Shown: positions 1 to 9,522, counted from the stretch's first letter. The stretch is 64,000 nucleotides of DNA from Nitrospirota bacterium (GCA_963788195.1 CAWBGA010000014.1:13724-77723), one strand, 5' to 3'. Translations and numbers: made by a program. The notes: generated from the sequence alone by a model not told the origin.

Positions 1-419
1 CCGAACTGCATCTCACTATCCTTATGCCCCATCGTCGGCCCGAAGTTCCGACCGAGGATTTGCACGATCTCGCCCGCGGCCGCAGATGTCGGCAAAACTT
101 CCTTCACTACCGGCTGCTCCACCGTGAAATTTCCGAGTTGTTGGCTCTTTTTCCCGTTCTTGATCATCACAGGCCCCGTGGCGGCTTTGGAGGGAACACG
201 CACGATGACTTTGCGGTTGTCCCAGTGCTGCACGAGACCCGAAGCCTTTCCAAATAACACAAGGTTGTTCTTCGTAGAGATAAACTTGCCAAAGCCTTGT
301 CCCGTGATTGTGACCTCAATGCCGATCGGGCCTGAATCCGGAAATATTGTGGTATCGGCGAAGACAGGACTTGCGAGGAGAAACGGTAGGAATAACAAAA
401 AACGCTTAAAATGTTTCAA
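1..419 (-). CDS. Secreted IPT/TIG-domain protein (5' part; runs off the left edge of the window)
   Basis: Not in the ORF track. Manual translation from TTG at 419 (RBS GAGAGGA): MKHFKRFLLFLPFLLASPVFA (signal peptide)-DTTIFPDSGPIGIEVTITGQGFG...WDNRKVIVRVPSKAATGPV...LPTSAAAGEIVQILGRNFG, i.e. two IPT/TIG-like repeats. Confidence 0.8.
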   Translation of the reverse strand, partial: MKHFKRFLLFLPFLLASPVFADTTIFPDSGPIGIEVTITGQGFGKFISTKNNLVLFGKASGLVQHWDNRKVIVRVPSKAATGPVMIKNGKKSQQLGNFTVEQPVVKEVLPTSAAAGEIVQILGRNFGPTMGHKDSEMQF

Positions 420-508
420 AGCAGTTCCTCTCTTCAAAAAATGGGGGGATGGAAGCCCAGACCGGGGCCTTGCGGCCCGCCAAAAAACAAGCCGGCTGGC
501 GCTCAGAA

Positions 509-538
509 ACTATAACAAGCGCAATTTCGGGGTGTCAA
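509..538 (-). promoter_or_regulatory. sigma70-type promoter for the IPT/TIG gene
   Basis: Minus strand TTGACA-18 nt-TATAGT with extended -10 TG. Confidence 0.65.
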
Positions 539-558
539 CAAGGCTCCGATTAGGCTGC

Positions 559-989
559 GGGCCCTGTCCCTGAGCAGCCCGGGCGTGCTCGCTCCCGAAG
601 CCCAAGTCGCTGCGCTCGGCCCGGGCTCCCGCTCGGTGCCACCCGCTCACCAAATCTACACTGGGTGAAGGTCAAGGTCGGATCGCGGAGGGGTCCTGTC
701 GTGGAACAGCCCTGCCGTGCTCGCGCTCCGCTCGGAAGCAAGCAAGTCGCGCTGCGCTCCGCCAGGGCGCCCCGTTCCACGCCACCCGCTCCACAAATCT
801 ACGCTGTGGGAAAGTCGGGTCCGGGAGGGTGCTGACACCGCCCGCTGGGTCCTGTCATCGACCATCCCCACCGTGCTCAGCAGCGCAATGCTGATCGCGA
901 ATGGCGTTCAATATTCCGTACTTGCCGCCATCCCCCATTCCAAAAGTGTTTGCTTTCACCCGGTGGGGAGCCCCTGTTCGATGCCACCC
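559..989. repeat. Tandem array of three structured, covarying repeat units
   Basis: Units at 559, 691 and 847 all start GGGYCCTGTC and end GCCACCC, with two stems of different sequence but preserved pairing in each. Confidence 0.75.
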
Positions 990-1068
990 AGGTGCCGGTG
1001 TTTCGCTGACGGCGGCGGATGGAAAGATGCGCCATGTTCCCAGCCACCCCGCAGGCAATCCTAGCCTT

Positions 1069-1527
1069 CTACTGGACCTGCAGAATGATCTCGAGCTCAA
1101 CCGCCATGTTGAGGGGAAGTTCGGCAGCGCCTAATGCAAGACGTGCATGGCGGCCGGCTTCGCCAAAGATCTCGACAAGTAAATCGGATGCGCCGTTGAG
1201 CACCGCGGGCTGCTGGGTAAACCCGGCAGCCGAGGCGACGTGGCCCGACATGCGGACGACGCGCGTAATCCGATCCAGGCTGCCGAGTTCCTGCTTGGCA
1301 ATGGCAAGCGCATTCAAAATAGTCAGCTTGGCAGCCTCATAACCTTGCTCTACGGTTAAATCCTTTCCGAGCTTCCCTGCAAACAAAATCTTGCCATCTT
1401 TGAAAGGTCCTGTCCCGCTGAGAAACAATAGATCTCCCGCCTGCACCGCCGGCACATACGAAGCCACCGGCTTCGGCGCCGGGGGCAGTGTGATCTTCAG
1501 CTCAGCAAGCTTGGCTTCAAATGACAT
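1069..1527 (-). CDS. RidA/YjgF-family protein
   Basis: LPPAPKPVASYVP...SGTGP...NGASDLLVEIFGEAGRHARLALGAAELP family signature. Confidence 0.9.
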   Translation of the reverse strand: MSFEAKLAELKITLPPAPKPVASYVPAVQAGDLLFLSGTGPFKDGKILFAGKLGKDLTVEQGYEAAKLTILNALAIAKQELGSLDRITRVVRMSGHVASAAGFTQQPAVLNGASDLLVEIFGEAGRHARLALGAAELPLNMAVELEIILQVQ

Positions 1528-1811
1528 TTGTTCTTCCTCAGATGGGCCTTCATGAAAGAACTAGCTACTGTATATCAGCTCTGATGTTTTTCCAAATCTC
1601 CATACGATCTATCTCTTGGACCTTGCTTTACCCCACACCCCACCAGCGGTTGACCAAGCCGTAAAAGAGGCACACCCTACTGCACATTTCGTCCCCCGAA
1701 CCAAAAGATCCTTGCAAAACCTAGCCTTGTAGGAGTACCTGCTTTGGTCTGAGCTTTGCACGATCTTTCCGATGTTCGGGATTTTCAACTCAATTCAACA
1801 GGAGGTTTCTC

Positions 1812-2096
1812 ATGAAGCGATCCATTTTGGTTTTAGCGATGCTGGTGGCCTTGGGGATGATCTCAGTCAGTTACGCTGCCGATCCAATGGGGAAGGGCGG
1901 CGCCGCCCAAACCGTCAAAGGAGAAATCCTAAAGGTGGACGGCGAGAATTACACCATTAAGGATGCATCAGGCAAAGAAGTCAAACTCCATGTGGACAAG
2001 ACTACGAAAACGAGCGGACCTTTGAAGGTGGGTGACAAGATCGAGGCCGAGGCGACTCCCGAGGGCCATGCCAATTCCATCAAGGCTGCAAAGTAG
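1812..2096 (+). CDS. Small secreted protein, probable OB-fold (DUF5666-like)
   Basis: Signal peptide, strong RBS (AGGAGG), VKGEILKVDG...LKVGDKIEA pattern. Confidence 0.7.
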   Translation: MKRSILVLAMLVALGMISVSYAADPMGKGGAAQTVKGEILKVDGENYTIKDASGKEVKLHVDKTTKTSGPLKVGDKIEAEATPEGHANSIKAAK

Positions 2097-2193
2097 CAGG
2101 TTGTAAATACAAAGTAACCCAGTTCGCAAGCGGGGGGCCCGGATGGATGGTTTCTCGGGTCCCCCACAAGGGTCTAACCCGGACGTTGCTCTT

Positions 2194-2409
2194 ATGGAAC
2201 TCCTGCTGCGTTGGCGGTGCGAACGCTGCCGTGGGACATCGAAGCATTGTCTTTCCTGCAAAGGCAGGGGCTACATCGACCGCTGGCTGCCGTATGAACT
2301 TGTGCAGGGACTGAAACCAGTCACTTGGGTCATCTTAGATCGCCGCAACCAAGAAGCCCCTGTTCCTCACACGACATCAGCAAGTACTCCTTTCGCCAGC
2401 TCCATCTGA
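2194..2409 (+). CDS. Small protein with DnaJ-like zinc finger
   Basis: CERCRGT...CLSCKGRG (CxxCxG motifs); start uncertain (2143 or 2194). Confidence 0.55.
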   Translation: MELLLRWRCERCRGTSKHCLSCKGRGYIDRWLPYELVQGLKPVTWVILDRRNQEAPVPHTTSASTPFASSI

Positions 2410-2428
2410 ACCCATTTGTCCCTCCTTC

Positions 2429-4342
2429 TCAGATCTCCAAGACGAGCCCAATTTCGATGACCTGATCGGATGGAATGCGGAAGAATGAGCTAGCACGCTG
2501 CGAGTTTCTGCTCAAGAACACGAAAATTTTTTCCCGCCAAATCTGCATACCAGGCCTCGGTGTCGCCAAGTAAGTCACACGGCTCAGAAAAAAGGTGGTC
2601 TGCGCGATGGGAATATCCACTCCCTGCTTGGAGCAGTGTTTGAGCATTTGCGGGATATCAGGGGTATCCATGAAGCCGCAACGGGCCACGATCCGATCGA
2701 CCCCTTGTCGCATCGGTGTGACGGTAATTTGATCCTGTCGCCGGATATGAGGAATCTTTTCAGTGATGACAGTCAGAAATACGATGTGTTTATGCACGAG
2801 TTTGTTGTGCTTGATATTCTGAACCAATGCCGGAGGCGTCACATCCGGGTTCTGCACCATGAATACCGCATAGCCTGGGACCTTCACCGGCACCTTCGAA
2901 ACCACGTCATCGAGGAATGCCTCCAGCGGCGGCGACTGTCCTTTAATATACTTGGCCACGATTGCTCGGCCCCGGTACCATGTCGTCATCAAGGTAAAGA
3001 CGAGGATACCGAGCACCAAGGGGAACCATCCTCCAGCGGGAATCTTCAGGGCATTCGCGGTAAAGAACGACACATCAACCACCAAGAAGACTGCTATCAC
3101 AGGCACCGTCAGGAACACGCTCCAACGCCAGACATGGCGAACCACGACATACATGATAAGCGTTGTCATCACCATTGTGCCGGCCACCGCGATGCCATAG
3201 GCGGCAGCCAAATTACTTGATGATTGGAATGCAAGGACCAGCCCGATTGAGCCGGCGAGCATGGTCCAATTCAGCATCGGCGGGTAGATTTGCCCCATTT
3301 GCTTCGCTGATGTGTATTTGAATTGGAGTGCAGGAAGATAGCCAAGCTGGACCGCCTGCTGGGTGATGGAGAACGCACCGGCAAGCATGGCCTGAGAGGC
3401 GATGACTGTCGCGGCCGTCGCTAATCCGACCAGAGGATAGAGCATCCATGATGGCGCCAGCAGGTAAAACGGATTAACTGCGGCCTCGGAATCATGGAGC
3501 AACAATGCGCCCTGTCCAAGATACTGAAGCAGAAGGCCCGGGAAAGCGACTGCAAACCAGCCGACCTGGATGGGTCGTTTCCCAAAATGCCCCATATCAG
3601 CGTACAAGGCTTCAGCGCCCGTGAGCGCAAGAAACACACTACCGAGAACCACAAACCCCTGACCGGCGTGTTCTGACAGAAAGCGAACTGCGTGCAAGGG
3701 ATTCATCGACCATAGTATCTCGGGGGCATGGATGATGCTGAGCAGTCCCAGCAGGCCAATCGTGCTAAACCAGACAAGCATGATCGGACCAAACACTGCA
3801 CCGATCCGCCCGGTCCCGTGCCTCTGCACCACGAATATCGCAAACAAGACTGCGACGGTAATCATGACGACATATGGCTTGAGCACCGGAGTGGCTAGTT
3901 CCAGCCCCTCGACCGCGCTCAACACCGAGATTGCGGGTGTGATAATTCCATCGCCATAGAGAAACGATGCGCCGATTAGACCCAGGATCGCCACTGTTCC
4001 CAACCGGTAGTCAGACGACGGCCTCCGTTTGTGACGCTGAGCGAGCGCCATCAACGCCAAGATTCCTCCTTCCCCCTCGTTGTCAGCACGCATCACGAAT
4101 AGAATGTATTTGATGGTGACGACGATGGTCAGAGACCAGATGATGAGCGACAGGATTCCCAAGACGTTCGCTGAAGTAGCCGGGACTCCATGGGCCGGGT
4201 TGAAGCATTCGCGTAGCGCGTACAGCGGGCTGGTTCCGATATCCCCATACACGATGCCGAGGGCACCCAGGGTCAGAGCTGCCAGCTTTTGTTTGGATTC
4301 AATTGGCTGCAGCGAATGTGGCGGGTGTGGTATGTGTGGCAT
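2429..4342 (-). CDS. kup: KUP/HAK potassium transporter
   Basis: GIVYGDIGTSPLYALRE, ADNEGEGG, GAEALYADMGHFG motifs. Confidence 0.97.
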   Translation of the reverse strand: MPHIPHPPHSLQPIESKQKLAALTLGALGIVYGDIGTSPLYALRECFNPAHGVPATSANVLGILSLIIWSLTIVVTIKYILFVMRADNEGEGGILALMALAQRHKRRPSSDYRLGTVAILGLIGASFLYGDGIITPAISVLSAVEGLELATPVLKPYVVMITVAVLFAIFVVQRHGTGRIGAVFGPIMLVWFSTIGLLGLLSIIHAPEILWSMNPLHAVRFLSEHAGQGFVVLGSVFLALTGAEALYADMGHFGKRPIQVGWFAVAFPGLLLQYLGQGALLLHDSEAAVNPFYLLAPSWMLYPLVGLATAATVIASQAMLAGAFSITQQAVQLGYLPALQFKYTSAKQMGQIYPPMLNWTMLAGSIGLVLAFQSSSNLAAAYGIAVAGTMVMTTLIMYVVVRHVWRWSVFLTVPVIAVFLVVDVSFFTANALKIPAGGWFPLVLGILVFTLMTTWYRGRAIVAKYIKGQSPPLEAFLDDVVSKVPVKVPGYAVFMVQNPDVTPPALVQNIKHNKLVHKHIVFLTVITEKIPHIRRQDQITVTPMRQGVDRIVARCGFMDTPDIPQMLKHCSKQGVDIPIAQTTFFLSRVTYLATPRPGMQIWREKIFVFLSRNSQRASSFFRIPSDQVIEIGLVLEI

Positions 4343-4495
4343 TAATACAGTGCCGAAGGAGTGATCCAGTGCCCTGCGAACAGCCGGCCATGATACTCGC
4401 GCTCCAATGAAATAACAATTCTATGCGGCCGCGTGCTATCCAGACGGGGACAGTCCCGGCCATGTGTTGACGACCTTTTATAGGAGGGCAATCCG

Positions 4496-5502
4496 ATGAG
4501 GAAATTATTCACGGCAATGGCGGTAGCCCTGTCCCTGGTCAGCCTGACGGGTGCCATCGCCCAAGAGGCGCCTGCAAGCCAGAAATCACTGCCGGAACAG
4601 ATCGTCGACGCCATGAACGCTGTGTTCGGTACCCATCCTGGAGCGCGCGCGACCCATGCGAAGGGGGTCGTCTTGGAAGGTGTATTCACGCCGGCTGTTT
4701 CGGCCCCGCGTGTGAGCAAGCAGCGCATCTTCAAAAGCAAAAGACCCCGGTTCCCGTGACAGTGCGATTCTCCGACTCTACCGGAGTGCCGAATATCCCC
4801 GACACCGACCCGGGTACTAGTCCACGAGGCATGGCGGTGAAATTTAAACTTCCTGACGGGTCAAACACGGACATCGTGGTTCATTCCTTTAACGGCTTCC
4901 CGGTCGCCACGGCGGCCGAACTCAGAGACTTCTTTCTCGCAATCGGTGCAAGCAAGCCGGGTGATCCCCAACCCACCGCACTGGAGACGTTCTTGAGCAG
5001 TCACCCTACCGCCAAAGCTTTCCTGACGACTCAGAAACCCGCACCGGTGAGTTATGCCACCCTGGGTTATTTCGGTGTGAACACGTTCAAGTTTACGAAT
5101 GCGAAGGGAATCGCCACGTTTGGTCGATACCAATTGCAGCCTGCCGCGGGCGAGCAGTTTCTCGACAATGAGCAGGCCTCGAAAATGGGACCAGACTATC
5201 TTACCGATGAGATTCGTGACCGGGTTCGTCGCGGCCCCCTCAAGTTCAGCTTGCTCCTGCAAATAGCCGCCAAAGATGACAAGCTCGACGATCCCTCGAT
5301 TGCGTGGCCGGACAGCCGAAAGAAAATCGAGTTGGGCACGATCGAGATCACCAAAGCTGTCGCAGACAGTCAAGCCGCAGAGAAGAAGTTGCTTTTCACA
5401 CCCGGTGCATTGATTTCCGGTATCGAGGCCGCCGATCCAATGATCGCCATGCGTTCGGCGGCTTATATCGTTTCCTTGTCACGCCGCGTGCAAACACCGT
5501 GA
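4496..5502 (+). CDS. Catalase-related peroxidase (SrpA-like), secreted; frameshifted near 4720
   Basis: HPGARATHAKG in ORF 4496-4759 and VRFS...SPRGMAVKF in ORF 4756-5502; adding one base near 4720 joins them (SKAAHLQKQKTPVPVTVRFS). Confidence 0.85.
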
Positions 5503-6413
5503 TGCAAGCCACCGGTGGGGCCGACATGTTCCCTGACCGGCCGGTTTTCGGCGCGGCCGAGTTCATCGGTCGTGCCCGCCTTGCACAGAATCTTTTCAGG
5601 CGCTGTCGTCAGGGCCAATCGATTCTCTTGTATGGCGGACCCAAGCTCGGCAAGACGTCCATGCTTTTGCATCTGAAATGGCTCGCCGATCAGGACCGCG
5701 AAACATCGGAAACGACACCTGCCGCTTCCTATGTGGATCTGAGCGATGAAGGTGCCCGCAAACAACTTCGGCGAGGTTCTGACACAAAACCAGCCCCGAT
5801 CTTGCTGCTCGATAACTGCGATCATCTCTTAAAGGAATATGGCGTGAGCACGTTGAGCGAATTGATGCCGTGTGATCATGATATTGGCGCCTACGCGATC
5901 GTATGGGCTGGGACGCGTGCATGGCATGATGCGGTACGAGAGCAGATCGGAACCGCGGCTCTTCGACGTGTCCCGCTTGCGGTGCTGTTTCAAGGTGAAG
6001 CGCGGGAACTTCTGAAACCCTACCTGGCGCCGCATGAACGTGACGCAGCGCTTGCAGCCGGCGGCACTCACCCATACGTATTGAAAACGATTGCCCACGA
6101 GCTGCGGTCTCGTTCCGGTCATCCGAGCGGCCCAATCAAGGCGGCGGGAGCGCGCTTGATCCCTTTCTTCCAGGCCAGCCGTGCAGCGCTACGGCAGGGG
6201 TCTGAGCAGGCTCTCCTTCAGTATCTGGTCCAAGAGGCGAGACCCATTGCTCCGCAAGAAGCCGCACGAGCCGTCGGGCTTTCGACCGTTAAATCCACTG
6301 CCGACGCATTGTGTTGCCTTGGGTTGATTAGTCGATGGAACCTGAAGGACGGGGCAATGTTGCACGCCAATTGTCAGCTCTTTAACGACTGGTATCTGAC
6401 AGCCGTCCCCTAG
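5502..6413 (+). CDS. STAND/AAA-type P-loop NTPase with probable C-terminal winged helix
   Basis: FIGR N-terminal motif, Walker A GGPKLGKTS, Walker B ILLLDNCD, GxHP motif (GGTHPY); start at 5502 (TGATG overlap) or 5526. Confidence 0.75.
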   Translation: MQATGGADMFPDRPVFGAAEFIGRARLAQNLFRRCRQGQSILLYGGPKLGKTSMLLHLKWLADQDRETSETTPAASYVDLSDEGARKQLRRGSDTKPAPILLLDNCDHLLKEYGVSTLSELMPCDHDIGAYAIVWAGTRAWHDAVREQIGTAALRRVPLAVLFQGEARELLKPYLAPHERDAALAAGGTHPYVLKTIAHELRSRSGHPSGPIKAAGARLIPFFQASRAALRQGSEQALLQYLVQEARPIAPQEAARAVGLSTVKSTADALCCLGLISRWNLKDGAMLHANCQLFNDWYLTAVP

Positions 6414-6458
6414 CGACCCCAGAAAAGGCTTGCACGCCGATCCCGCATAACTCCACTG

Positions 6459-6758
6459 CTACGGTGCTTTTGGCTTCGCGCATTTTTTCAAGTAACCGAT
6501 CAATGGTTTGACGGATTGCGGAACGCTTTGGTCATCAAAAATGACGGAGATTTTCCTGCTTCCGTCTTCGATGGCTATTTCATATTGTTGCAGGTCGCGG
6601 CCTGAACGGGAAAGAAACTCACCCGAACCTGAAATCGCGGCGGCCTTTACCAATTGTTCAAGCTCTTTGGCATTCTCTGGAGATAGAGTCTTGGTGTCGA
6701 TCTCGCATCCTTTCACCAAGCCGGCAAAACCGCCACTTTGAGTAAATTGCACTTTCAA
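6459..6758 (-). CDS. Emfourin (protealysin inhibitor)
   Basis: QSGGFAGL N-terminal motif, GRDLQQYEI motif; lies directly after the protealysin gene. Confidence 0.9.
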   Translation of the reverse strand: MKVQFTQSGGFAGLVKGCEIDTKTLSPENAKELEQLVKAAAISGSGEFLSRSGRDLQQYEIAIEDGSRKISVIFDDQSVPQSVKPLIGYLKKCAKPKAP

Positions 6759-6789
6759 TTGCTTACGCCCCTGATCATGACCTGCCTCG

Positions 6790-7851
6790 CTAGACTGTTA
6801 TCCCCACCTTCTTCCACGCCGCCTTCACCGCCTTCTTTGCGGCTGCTCCGTGAGTTGTAGCTACCTGGATCGACACCTTCGCGCAATCGATAAACCGGCT
6901 CTCGTTTGTGAGTTGTAACAGTGTTTCATACCAGATGCGTCCGGTCACGTCCCAGGCTTTTCCTCCTATCGCCTTGGCTGCCAACACAAAGACCCGGTTC
7001 GGGATGCCCGAGTTGATGTGAACGCCGTTCCGATCTCGCGGTCCAGTATAAATCTTAGACATATGCGCAGGCTGCGGGTCAGTACCCAAATCGGGATCGT
7101 TGACATAAGCAGTGCCGGGATTTTCCATGTCTCGAATTCCCCGTCGGGTCGAGGCCGGTACGAGTACTTCAGCGCCAACCACCCAATTGGCCTTCGCTAC
7201 CGTCTCACCCATCTTCCACTGACGAACCAGGATACCAAAAACATCCGCGAAGTGCTCATTGAGCGCGCCGGATTGATCGAAATACGTCAGGTTGCTGGTA
7301 AAAGACTGGACCCCGTGCGTTAATTCATGACCGACCACATCGAGTGATTGCGTAAACCGTCGAAACAGTGTTCCATCACCATCGCCATAGGCCATTTGCT
7401 CTCCGTTCCAGAAGGCGTTGTTCATCGGCACGAACTGCCCTGTATCATCGACTTCGCCGACGTGGACCGAAGAGATCAGCGTCATCCCGTTGCCGTCCAG
7501 CGAATTTCGCTCAAATAGCTGATTATAAAACTCATAGGTGTCGCCCGAGAAATCAAACGCCTCATTCGTGGCGGCGTCGGCAACTTTGGCCTGCCCCTCT
7601 GACCTGGCCAATTTCCCGGGTAGCTGATCCTTTTTTCGAGCATCATATACCAAACGGTGCTTCCGTTTGTCCGGAGACATCGCAGCCATCATTTTCGGCA
7701 TGACCTGTGCCGCTTCTCGAAAAGCCCGCATTGTTGCGGCGCTACGTATCTGGGCTATTGCCCGAGACCTTACTTTAGGATCAGGCGACTTGGCCAACTC
7801 ATCTGTGATGTACGGCGGAATAATGCATTGGATTGGGTTACGTTCACACAT
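6790..7851 (-). CDS. Protealysin-like M4 metalloprotease
   Basis: CIIPPY propeptide motif, NNAFWNG, HELTH, GALNEHFAD, GVHINSGIPN. Confidence 0.95.
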   Translation of the reverse strand: MCERNPIQCIIPPYITDELAKSPDPKVRSRAIAQIRSAATMRAFREAAQVMPKMMAAMSPDKRKHRLVYDARKKDQLPGKLARSEGQAKVADAATNEAFDFSGDTYEFYNQLFERNSLDGNGMTLISSVHVGEVDDTGQFVPMNNAFWNGEQMAYGDGDGTLFRRFTQSLDVVGHELTHGVQSFTSNLTYFDQSGALNEHFADVFGILVRQWKMGETVAKANWVVGAEVLVPASTRRGIRDMENPGTAYVNDPDLGTDPQPAHMSKIYTGPRDRNGVHINSGIPNRVFVLAAKAIGGKAWDVTGRIWYETLLQLTNESRFIDCAKVSIQVATTHGAAAKKAVKAAWKKVGITV

Positions 7852-8000
7852 TTTCCATTGTCCTTTCGTTGGTTAACGCCTAGCGGAGTCAAAATAAAAA
7901 ATGATCGAATTCAACCGGAGGGCTCCCCCGGCCTGCTGTCCGAGCGGTTTTCCGCTCATGAAGCACGGCCGGGTGAGTTCCGCCGTTCTTTGCGGCGTCC

Positions 8001-9185
8001 TTACGCCTGCGGAGCGCGGACCAGGCCGGCGCCTATATCGAACGGATCAATTCCAGGGATCAGGCCATCGATAATGGCTGAGCCGATGACTCGGCCCGTC
8101 AGTTGCATAACGCTCAACGATGATGTTGCCTTGATCTTCTGAGCCCAAAGAGCGGCGACGCCGGCAACGTGAGGAGTCGCCATGCTGGTTCCACTCATCA
8201 TTTGCAAGCCACCGCCAGCTTTGGCAGAAACGATCCCGACGCCGGGTCCGGAGACGTTGGCCCCCGTGTTTGAGAAGTGAGCAACGATCAACCCTTGATC
8301 ACTCTGGCCAAGAGCTGCAACCGAGATGATACCTTCCGATACCGCCGGCGGACTTACCGTGATCTCAAACTCCGGATTTTCGTCTCTTCGGCTCTCGTTG
8401 CCTGCGGCGGCGACGATCACCGTTGTCTGCCCAAAGGCGCCCTGAGCTCGGATGAGTGAGGCGAGACGTTCGAAGAGTTGAACGTTCGCTCGATAGCCCT
8501 CAAGCGCGCGTGAGGTCGCAAGAGCGGGCGGAAAATCCGCCTTTATCAATTCCTCCACGAGTCCCGGAAAATCGATGCCCAGCGACATGGAGACCACGTT
8601 CGCGCCATTCTCCACGGCCCATTGAATCGCGCTGACAATACTTTCACTGGATCCGCCTTTAGCACCCAGCACCTTACCGATCAATGCCTTCTGTACGCCT
8701 GGCGCGACCCCGATCCGCGTGCCATTGGTTGTTCTGCCGAAAATCGTCCCCGCACAATGGGTACCGTGCCCATGCTCATCATTGTCCCCCTCGCCTGTAA
8801 AATCTTTCCGAACGAGGTTCACGCCTGTAAAAGCCGGGTGTGAGGCGTCAATACCGGTGTCAAGCACGCAGACTACGATGCCGTCTCCAGAAAAAGGCGA
8901 CGTGTCTGCAGCTACAGCTTTCACACCCCAGGCCAGTGGATCGGCGCTAGGCTGTGTTACGGCTCGGCTCTCAACCGGAGCAACAAGCTTCATCGGCACG
9001 ACGGGAGCGATCGCGAGGACTTCGGTATTGCGTGCCAATGCAGAGATCCGGTGTCTATCGATATCATCGACCTCGACAGCGATGCCGGCAGCGAGTGATT
9101 CCACTGAGGCGGCCGGTGACGGTCCAAGAAATACCCCCCGGGTAGCTGAACGGGTGCTGCGTAGAATAATATGTTTCTGTTTCAT
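8001..9185 (-). CDS. S8 subtilisin-like serine peptidase, no obvious signal peptide
   Basis: Catalytic motifs VLDTGID, HGHGTHCAG, SGTSMATPHVAG. Confidence 0.95.
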   Translation of the reverse strand: MKQKHIILRSTRSATRGVFLGPSPAASVESLAAGIAVEVDDIDRHRISALARNTEVLAIAPVVPMKLVAPVESRAVTQPSADPLAWGVKAVAADTSPFSGDGIVVCVLDTGIDASHPAFTGVNLVRKDFTGEGDNDEHGHGTHCAGTIFGRTTNGTRIGVAPGVQKALIGKVLGAKGGSSESIVSAIQWAVENGANVVSMSLGIDFPGLVEELIKADFPPALATSRALEGYRANVQLFERLASLIRAQGAFGQTTVIVAAAGNESRRDENPEFEITVSPPAVSEGIISVAALGQSDQGLIVAHFSNTGANVSGPGVGIVSAKAGGGLQMMSGTSMATPHVAGVAALWAQKIKATSSLSVMQLTGRVIGSAIIDGLIPGIDPFDIGAGLVRAPQA

Positions 9186-9252
9186 AGGACCTCCTTCTAG
9201 TTCGAAGCATGCCTGTTTCCGTATCCTTCAACAGCAGTTCTGCACCTCAAGT

Positions 9253-9269
9253 TGCAATGTGCTTGCCAA
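9253..9269 (-). promoter_or_regulatory. sigma54 (-24/-12) promoter upstream of the S8 peptidase operon
   Basis: Minus strand TTGGCAAGCACATTGCA = GG-N10-GC, about 70 nt upstream of the ATG. Confidence 0.6.
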
Positions 9270-9522
9270 GGCCTGAGTTAGAAGTCCTGCCGAGTTTCTG
9301 CCCGATAAAAGCCATCAAACGGCGTTTAGGTTTAAGAACAGAAGCCACAAGGAGAAATCTAGAATGGCTCTGTATCCAACCGGACAAGAACCCGTATCGT
9401 TATGGATAATGCAACAGGAGCGTCGGGTGGGTAGATGTGAAAACAGGGACGCCTCAGTGTGTCGTAGAGAAAGGCGATGAGCCTAGGTAGCAGAGCGTGA
9501 GCGTGGCACGTGAAGCCGTGCT

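Noticed and set aside
124..573. 149-aa plus-strand ORF
   Set aside because: Antisense shadow of the minus-strand IPT/TIG gene, which has an RBS, signal peptide and promoter.
550..1134. Several overlapping short ORFs, and AATCTAC resembling a Cas12a repeat end
   Set aside because: The ORFs lie over GC-rich structured repeats and lack motifs. AATCTAC occurs only twice, as a hairpin loop, with no repeat-spacer periodicity or cas genes.
4343..4495. Possible c-di-AMP riboswitch upstream of kup
   Set aside because: No ydaO-type consensus visible; the region is a short divergent promoter gap.
5304..5501. N-terminal extension of the ATPase ORF
   Set aside because: Overlaps the catalase-like gene in another frame; the real start is likely 5502 or 5526.
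7855..8000. Integron attC site between the S8 and protealysin genes
   Set aside because: No matching RYYYAAC/GTTRRRY pair framing the hairpin, and no integrase.
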